Source: Felis catus
Taxonomy: Eukaryota
Assembly: GCF_018350175.1 (NCBI RefSeq)
Contig: NC_058383.1
Location: forward strand, 7,566,001-7,626,000
Reading direction: 5' to 3'
DNA length: 60,000 nt
The number at the start of each line of letters is the position of its first letter. Position 1 is the stretch's first letter. This document shows, piece by piece, positions 51,760 through 60,000 of this stretch. Under the pieces are notes generated by a model. That model saw nothing but the letters and a program-made list of their open reading frames with translations, searched no databases and was not told the DNA's origin. A program made the translations under genes and the position numbers.

Positions 51760-52305
51760 GTCTTAGTTGCACTGTTATAACAGAATACAGTAGATTGGGG
51801 GGGGGGGGAAGGGTGGTTATATACAACAGACATTTATTTCTCACAGTTCTGGAAACTAAAAAGTCCAAGATCAAGGTGCTGGCAGATTTGGTGTCTAGTG
51901 AGAACCCACTTCCTGGTTAATAGACAGCTGTTTTCTCACTGTCTTCACGTGGCAGAAGGGACAAGGGAGCTCTCTTGGGGCCTCTTTTTTTTTTTTTAAT
52001 GTTTATTCATTTTTGAGAGGGGGTAGGGGCAGAGAGAGAGGGAGAGAGAGAATCCCAAGCAGCTCTGCACACGACTCCATCTCATGAACTGTGAGCTCAT
52101 GATCTGAGCCGAAATCAAAAGTCAGACATCTAACTGACTGAGCCACCCAAGTGCCCCTCTGGGGCCTCTTTTAGGGCACTATCACATTCATGAGGGCTCT
52201 TCTAAAAGGGCCCACCTCCCAAAGGCCCCATCTGCAACCACCATCACACTGGGGGTTAGGATTTCAACTTACAAGTTTTGGAGGGACACAAATTCAGTCT
52301 ACAGC
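51760..52305. mobile_element. MLT1 LTR interrupted by a CanSINE (51985-52157)
   Basis: caacagacatttatttctcacagttctgga ... aagtccaagatcaaggtgctggcag ... ggagggacacaaattcagtc. Confidence 0.85.
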
Positions 52306-52594
52306 AGGGAAAGAGATAGGCAACAGGGAGATCTGGTAGGGGTCAGCAGGACTGGTAACTAACTGAACGTGGAGAGTTGGGGGGCGATTTTTGCTGGACC
52401 TTCCCTTCAGTCTCCATGTGCACCAAATCCCCTGCTATTGACTTTACCACCTCAACTGCCACTGCCTTGGCTTAGTATTGCCCATCTTGGCCTCTGGTCC
52501 AAGGCAGGCTATAAATCTTCATGCCTTCCACTTATACAGTCTACACTGCTAAAGAAATTATATAACCTTTATATAATATACATATATATTTATC

Positions 52595-55500
52595 ACCTTT
52601 ATCAAGATATAATTCACATTAAAAAAGATATAATTCATATACTATACAGGGCACGTGGGTGGCTCAGTCGGTTAGGCATCAGATTCTTGATTTCGGCTCA
52701 GGTCATGATCCCAGAGTTGTGGGATAGATCCCGTCATTGGGCTCTGTGCTGGGTGTGGAGCCTGCTTGAGATTCTCTTTCTCCCTCTGTCCCCCTGCCCC
52801 AATAAAACAAAATTAAATTAAATGAAAATTTGCATACTATACAATTCACCCATTTAAGGTATACATTTCAGAGGCTTTTAGTATATTCAGAGTTGTGCAG
52901 CCATAACACAATCAGCTTTAGAACATTTTTATAATCCCCCAAAGAAATCCCACACCTTTTTGCTGTCACCCCCCCAATGTTGCTATTCTTCCCAGTCCTA
53001 GACAACTACTTATTTACTTTCTGTCTCTGCAGATTTATCTATTCTGACATTTCATATAAATGAAATCATACCAGTGGTCTTTTTTGTGCCTGGATTCTTT
53101 CACTTAGCATGTTTTCCAGGGTCATCCATAGTGTCAAATAATACCCCATTGTATGGATATACCGCACTTTGTTTACCTGTTCATCAGTTGATGGAAATTT
53201 GGATTGTTTCTACTTTTTTTTAAGTTTATTTATTTTAAGAGAGAGAGAGAAAGCACAAGTGGGGAAGGGCAGAGACAGAGAGAAGGAGAGAGATAGAATC
53301 CCCTCTGCCAGGATGCAGCCCGATGCAGGGCTTGAACTCACAAACTGTAAGATCATGACTTGAGCTGAAATCAAGAGTTGGACACTTGACCAACTGAGCC
53401 ACCCAGGCCCCTGCCACTTTTTTTTTTTTAATTGAGTACATTTAATATACAGTGTTATATTAGTTTCAGGTGTATAATATAATGATTCAGCAATTCTATA
53501 CATAATTCAGTGTCCACAGTAAGTGTACTCTTAATCCCCTTTATCTATTTCACCCACTTTTTGATTGTCATGCATAATGTTGCTATGAACATTCATGTAC
53601 ACATTTCTGAGTGGACATATGTTTTCAATTCTTATGGGTATATACCTAGAAGTGAAATTGCTGAGTCCTATTTGAGTAACTAACTGCCAGGCTTTATCCA
53701 AAGCAGCTGCATCATATTACATTCCCACTAGGCGGGTAGGAGGGTTCCCATTTCTCTGCATCCTCACCAATACTTATTCTCTACCTTTTTTGTTTTTATT
53801 TTTTTAATTTTTTTGGTAACGTTTATTTATTTTTGAGACAGAGAGAGAAAGAGCATGAATGGGGGAGGGGCAGAGAGAGAGGGAGACAGAATCAGAAGCA
53901 GGCTGCAGGCTCCGAGCCATCAGCCCAGAGCCCGATGCGGGGCTCGAACTCACGGACCGCGAGATCGTGACCTGAGTCAAAGTCGGACGTTTAACCGACT
54001 GAGCCACCCAGGCGCCCCAACCTTTTTTTAAATTATAGTTGTCCTACTGGGTGTGGAGGGGTATCTCATTAATTAGGGGTTTTTATTTGCATTTCTCTAA
54101 TGACTAATGATGTTAAGCATCTTTTTATGTGCTTATTGGCCATTTGTATATCTTCTTTAGAGAAATGTCTATTCAGATCCTTTGCTCATTTTTAATTAGG
54201 TTATTTCTCTTATAATATTGAATTGTAATAGTTCTTTATATATTCCAGATACAAACCATTTATCAGATACGTGACTTGGAAAAAATATTCTCCCATTCTG
54301 TGCGCTGTCTTTTGCCTTTTTTTTTTGAAGATATTATTTTTTTAATTTTTATTATTATTTAAAAAATTTTTTTAATGTTTATTTATTTTTGAGACAGAGA
54401 GAGACAGAGCACAAGCAGGGGAGGGGCAGAGAGAGAGGGAGACACAGAATCTGAAACAGGCTCCAGGCTCTGAGCTGTCAGCACAAAGCCCCACGTGGGG
54501 CTCGAACCCACAAACTGTGAGATCATGACCTGAGCTGAAGTCGGATGCTCAACTGACTGAGCCACCTAGGTACCCCTTTTTAATTTTTAAAAAAGGTTTA
54601 TTTATTTATTTTGAGAGAGAGTGAGAGACAGCATGAATGGGGGAGAAGCAGAGAGACAGAGGGAGATGGAGAATTCCAAGCAGGCTCTACACTGTCAGCA
54701 CAGAGCCTGACATGGGGCTCGAACTCAAGAACTGTGAAATCATGACCTGAGCCGAAATCAAGAGTCGGGTGCTCAACGACTGAGCCATCCAGGTGCCCCA
54801 AAGATTTTATTTTTAAGCAATCTCCACACTCAGCATGGGGATCAAGAGTCACATGCTCCACTGACTGAGACAACAAAGTACCCAGTCTTTTTGCTTTTTG
54901 ATGATGTCCTTTGAAACACAAAAGTTTTTAATTTTGATGAAGCCCAATTTATTTTTTCTTTGTTTGCTTATGCTTTTGGTGTCATACCTAAGAAAGCTTT
55001 CCCAAATGTAAGGTCACAAAGATATATGCCTATATTTTCTTCTAGGTGTTTTACAGTTTTAACTCTTACATTTAGATCTTTGGTCCATTTTGAATTAATT
55101 TTTGTGTATGGTGTGAGTTAGGAATCCAACTTCATTCTTTCACGTGTAGATATCTAGTTGTCCCATTAATGTTTGTTGAAAAGACTATTCTTTCCCTATT
55201 TGGTTTTCTTGGCATCCTTGTTAAAAATGAATATATCAAAAATATAAGGGTTTATTTCTGGACTTTCAATTCTATTCCATTGATCTGTATGTCTATCCTT
55301 ATGCCAGTACCACACGATATTGCTTAGATTTGTCATAAATTTTGAAGTCAGAAAATGTGAGTCCTCCGACTTTGTTCTTCTATTCCAAGATTTTTCTGGA
55401 TCTTCTGAGTCCCTTGAATTCCCATATGAATTTTAGGATCAGGTTGTCAATATCTGCAAAGAATCCACCTGGGATTTCTATAGGAATTGCACTGAATCGG

Positions 55501-58500
55501 GAAGTATTGCCATCCTAATAATATTATTGCCATCGGGAAGAATTGGGAAGTATTGCCATCCTAATAATATTAATCTCCCAACCCATTAATAGAGGATGTC
55601 TTTCCACTTATTTCACTTTTGTTTCATTTTTTTCAACAATGTTCTTTGTAGTTTTCAGAGTATACATTTTACACTTCTTTTGTTAAATTTATTCCTAAGT
55701 ATTTTATTATATTTGATACTATTGTGGGGGTTTTTTGTTGTGCTTTTTAAAGTTTATTTATTTATTTTGAGAGAGAGAGACAGAGAGAGAACCAGCGGGG
55801 GAGGGGCAGTGAGAGAGGGGGACAAAGGATCCGAGCAGGCTTTGCGCTGACAGCAGAGAGCCCAATGCAGGGCTTGAACTCACGAACCATGAGACCATGA
55901 CCTGAGCTGAAGTCGGCCACTTAACTGACTGAGCCACCCAGGCACCCCTATTTTTGATACTATTGTAAGTTGAGTTCTCTTAATTTCACTTTCAGACTGT
56001 TCATTGCTAATGTATAAAAATAAAATCGATTTTTGGTCTTGTATTCTACAGCCTTGCTGAACTCATATTCTTATTTTTTTAAGATTTTTAAGATTTTAAA
56101 GATTTTTTAAATATTTTAAGATTTTTTTAAAAAAAGATTTTAAGTAATCTCTACACCCAACATTGGGCTCAAACTCACAACCCCAACACCAAGGGAACTC
56201 ACATTTTAATGATTTTTTTTTTTAGTGGATTCCTAAGGAGTGTCTATATATGAGATCATGTCATCTGTGAATAGAAATAGTTTTACTTCTTCCTTTCCAA
56301 TCTAGATGCCTTTTATTTAATTTTCTTGCCTAATTGCACTGGCTGGACTTCCAGTACAATGTCTAATAGAAGTAGTGAGAGAGGACATCCTTGTCTTCTT
56401 CCTGATCTTAAGGAGAAAGCATTCCATCTTTCACTGTTAAGTGTGATCTTTACTGTAGGTTTTCTGTAGATTCCCTTTATTAGATTGCAGAAGTTCCCTT
56501 AGTCCTAGTTTGTTTAATGTTTTTATCATGAAGAGGTGTTGGATTCTATCAAATGCTTTTTCTGTATCTATTGAGATGATCATATGGTTTTTTGGTTTTA
56601 TCCTAGTGATAAGGAGCATTACATTAATTGACTTTTGAATGTTAAGCTGATCAAGCATTCCAGAGATAAATCCCACTCAGCCATGGTATATAATCCTTTT
56701 TATATGTTTCTGGGTTCAGTTTGCTCATAATTTGTTGATGATTTTTGTGTCCATATTCATATTGGTCTATATGTTTTCTTTTCTTTGATGTCTTTGTCTG
56801 GTTTTGGTATCAGGGCAATACTAGCCTCACAGAATGAGTTGGGAAGCATTCTCTCCTACTCTATTTTTTGGAAGAGAGTCTGTAAAGAATTGGTATTAAT
56901 TATTCTTTAATGTTGGTAGAATTCATCAGTGAAGACAAATGGGCTGGGCTTTTCTTTATGTATTGTTTGTTTTGTTTTGTAATTCAATCTCCAATTATAG
57001 ATCGATTCAGATTTTATATTTTTTTTCTTGAGTCAGTTTCCATGGTTTGTGTGTTTCTAGGAATCTATTTCATATAAGTTATCTAAGTTATTGGCATGTA
57101 ATTGTTTATAGTATTCCCTTATAATTCCTCCCCCTCAACTATTTTTGGAAAGGCCAGTAGTAATACCTCTCTTTCATTCCTGATTTTAGTTAATTTGAGT
57201 CTTTTTTTTTTTTTTTAACTCAGTCTAGCTAAAGGTTTGTCAATTTTGTTGATCTTTTCAAATAAGTAAATTTTGATTTTAAGATTTTGGTTTTATTGAT
57301 TTTCTCTACTTTTTTCCTATCCCCTATCTCATTAATTTCCACTCTAATCTTCATCATTCCCTTCCTTCTTCCTGCTTTAGGCTTAGTTTGCTCTTCTTTT
57401 ACCAGTGTCTTAAGATGGAAGATTGACTACTGATTTGAAGTCTTTCTCTTTTTGTAAAGTAGGCATTAACAACTATAAATTTCCCTTGCTGAGTACTGCT
57501 TTGGGTGCATCTCTTAAGTTCTGGTATGTTGTTCATTTTCATTCATCTCAAATACTTTTTAATTTCATTTATGATTTCTTTTTTGACCCAGGATTATTTA
57601 TGACTGTGTGGTTTAATTTCTACATATTTGTGAATTTCCCCATTTTTTTTCTATTGTTGATTCCTAATTTCATTTTATTAAAGTTGAAGAACATGCTTTG
57701 TATGATTTCAATCTTTTTAAATTAATTGAGATTTTTTTATGGCCTAACATATCCTGCAGAATGTTCCAAGTGCACTTAAGAAGAATATACATTCTGCAGT
57801 TGGTGGGTGGAATATTCTATAGATGTTTGTTGGGTCTAGTTAGTTTATACCATTGTCCACATCTTGTATTTCTTTCTTTTTTTTTTAATGTTTATTTATT
57901 TTTGAGAGACAGACTGAGCATGAACAAGGGAGGGGCAGAGAGAGGAGGAGACACAGAATCCAAAGCAGGGTCCAGGCTCTGAGCTGTCAGCACCGAGCCT
58001 GAGGTGGGGCTTGAACTCACAAACCATGAGATCATAACCTGAGCCAAAGTCGGATGCATAACCAACTGAGCCACCCAGGCACCCCAACACATCTTCTATT
58101 TCTTTGTTGATCTTTTGCCTAGTAGTTCTCCCCATTATTGAAAGAGAGGTACTGAAATCTCCTACTATTTTATTGAATTATCTGTTTCTCCCTTTGATTC
58201 TGCCAGTTTTACTTCATGTATTTTGGGTCTCTATTGTTAGTTGCATATATGTTTATAATTGTTATATCTTTCTGATGGACTAATCCTTTTATCATTATAA
58301 AATGACCCTTTTATCTCTAATAACATTTTGTATTTTCTTTTTTTTTTAAAGTGTATTTATTTTGAGAGAGAGAAAGCATAAGCAAGACAGAGCGACACAG
58401 AGAGAGGAACAGAGAATCCCAAGTAAGCTCCGTGCTGTTAGCATGGAGCCTGATGCAGGGCTCAATCTCTCGAACCATGAGATCATGACCTGAGCTGAAG

Positions 58501-58600
58501 CCAAGAGTTGGACGCTCAACTGACTGAGCCACCCAGGTGCCCCAATTTTTTCTTTTAAAATCCCTTTTGTCTGATGTTAGTATGGTTACTTTATCTTTTG
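52595..58600 (-). mobile_element. Decayed L1 (ORF2 plus 3' UTR) interrupted by about ten CanSINEs
   Basis: ORF 56437-56676 encodes L1 RT sequence (GFISGM...[30 protein letters not shown]); EN-like VTILTSDKRDFK near 58560-58590; many stops and frameshifts. Confidence 0.92.
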
Positions 58601-59159
58601 CTATTTTCATGCTATTTCCCTTTTACTTGAAGCCTTGGGCTTTGAGTGATCCTAAGTGGACCCTGTCCACAGATGATTGGACTAAGGGCTGGCTAACAGA
58701 GAATCTGAGTCTAAAAATAGCCAAATTAATGAGATTCTCACTGCTTAGGGAGGTGAAAATGAGAGAGAAAAGGATGACATGAGAGAGGCTATGTGGGCCA
58801 TGAGAGACAGAAGAGACAGTAACTAGCCCCCAGCCCAACCTCAGACTCTGATTTCCAATTCCAGCCCACATATATCCTTACAATATGCCCACGCCCTTTT
58901 TTCCCCTAAAATTTCAGAGTTAGCCCCATTTCTTGCAAACGAAATACCAAACTACCCTAACATGTACTGAATTTTATTCCAGGAGTAGAGTTGCAAATAA
59001 CAGAATTTCAGAAGAGATATAGAACTTTCTGTAATAATTGAGTGGAGAAAAAGGAAGGGATGATCTCAACATCCCTGCAAGGGAAGTTAGAAGTCCATCG
59101 ATTGATGAAACAGTTACTAAAGTCTTGGTATTCAGATGCTACACCCATTGAAAGTAAAG

Positions 59160-59346
59160 CTTTGGTGGACTTTATTGCCATTCCTTTAGAGCACATAAAA
59201 TCACCTGAAGTACTTTTAAAAGCCTGGGTGCCTGGATTGCATCCCCAGAGATTCTGGTTTAATTTTTCTGGGGCAGGCCTAGGGCATCAGGATTTTTCAG
59301 ATCTCCCTAGTTGATCCTAAAGTACATCAACATTTGAGAACCACTG
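59160..59346. mobile_element. MER5-type (hAT-Charlie) DNA transposon
   Basis: aatcacctg ... ccccagagattctggtttaat ... tttgagaaccactg. Confidence 0.75.
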
Positions 59347-59446
59347 CTTGCTAGACATTTTAAAGGAATAAGGAGTATAAAGGCTGTAGGGTTAAGTGGA
59401 CATTTTTTACAGCATTAGGTGATTTGCATCAAGAAAGGAACAAATA

Positions 59447-59675
59447 GGGGTGCCTGGGTGGCTCAGTCGGTTGAGCTTCTGACTTTGGCTCAGGTCATGA
59501 TCTCGCGGTTTGTGAGTTCGAGCCCCGTGTTGGGCTCTGTGCTGACAGCTCAGAGCCTAGAGCCTGCTTTGGATTCTGTGTCTCCTTCCCTCTCTGCCCA
59601 TCCCCCACTTGTGCTCTGTCTCTCTGTGTCTCTCAAAATTAAAAATAAATAAATGTATAAAAAAATTTAAAAAAA
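59447..59675 (+). mobile_element. CanSINE
   Basis: Full body; AAGAAAG.AACAAATA on both flanks. Confidence 0.92.
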
Positions 59676-60000
59676 AAGAAAGAAACAAATATTAGTCTCA
59701 GAACACCTGAGTACATAACAACATTCAAGGCCAGTTTGTGGCCCTGCAACAAGAAATATCTTTTACTATGAGCCAGTGGTTGGAAACCACTGAAAATTAG
59801 ATCCCTAAAGTGAATATTGATTATCTTCTATTTCTTGAGTGGTGGGTTTACCAGTGTTCATTTATTTTTACACACACTAGTTAATATGTGTAATATGTAT
59901 TCTTTGTATGCCTTCAAATATGTTACCACAAAAATTTTCTGCCAAATATTTTACAATAAAAAGGGATACAGTAAATCGCCAAATTACTGCATTTGTTGAG

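Noticed and set aside
56437..56676. Reverse-transcriptase-like ORF
   Set aside because: Fragment of a dead L1 ORF2 broken by stops and SINE insertions
30200..60000. Search for processed pseudogenes, tRNA or other RNA genes in the intergenic half
   Set aside because: None recognised; tRNA-like A/B boxes all belong to SINE heads

Overview
Felid genomic DNA (young SINEC_Fc CanSINEs and a cat-type L1 3' end), syntenic to human 7q22.1. The GC-rich first 30 kb holds three intact genes rebuilt from splice sites and recalled orthologue similarity. SPACDR/C7orf61 is on the minus strand (join 6414-6467, 5909-6232, 2779-3012; 203 aa). TSC22D4 is on the minus strand (join 16283-17044, 14015-14181, 8805-8853, 8201-8410; 395 aa). 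NYAP1 is divergent on the plus strand (join 23012-23079, 24670-25025, 25501-27018, 27915-28130, 28324-28433, 29011-29268; 841 aa). The remaining ~30 kb looks intergenic and is dense in repeats (CanSINEs, old L1/L2/MIR, MLT1, MER20, MER5, Tigger1, MADE2). The best second-look signals are: an intronic alternative first exon of TSC22D4 with its own candidate promoter, giving a 168-aa isoform resembling the long TSC22D3/GILZ splice form; an in-frame TSC22D4-to-SPACDR read-through splice; an overlapping uORF across the NYAP1 start; uORFs in the TSC22D4 leader; and twin RFX X-boxes in NYAP1 intron 4. No wholly new gene system is evident. Repeat boundaries and family names are by eye and approximate.
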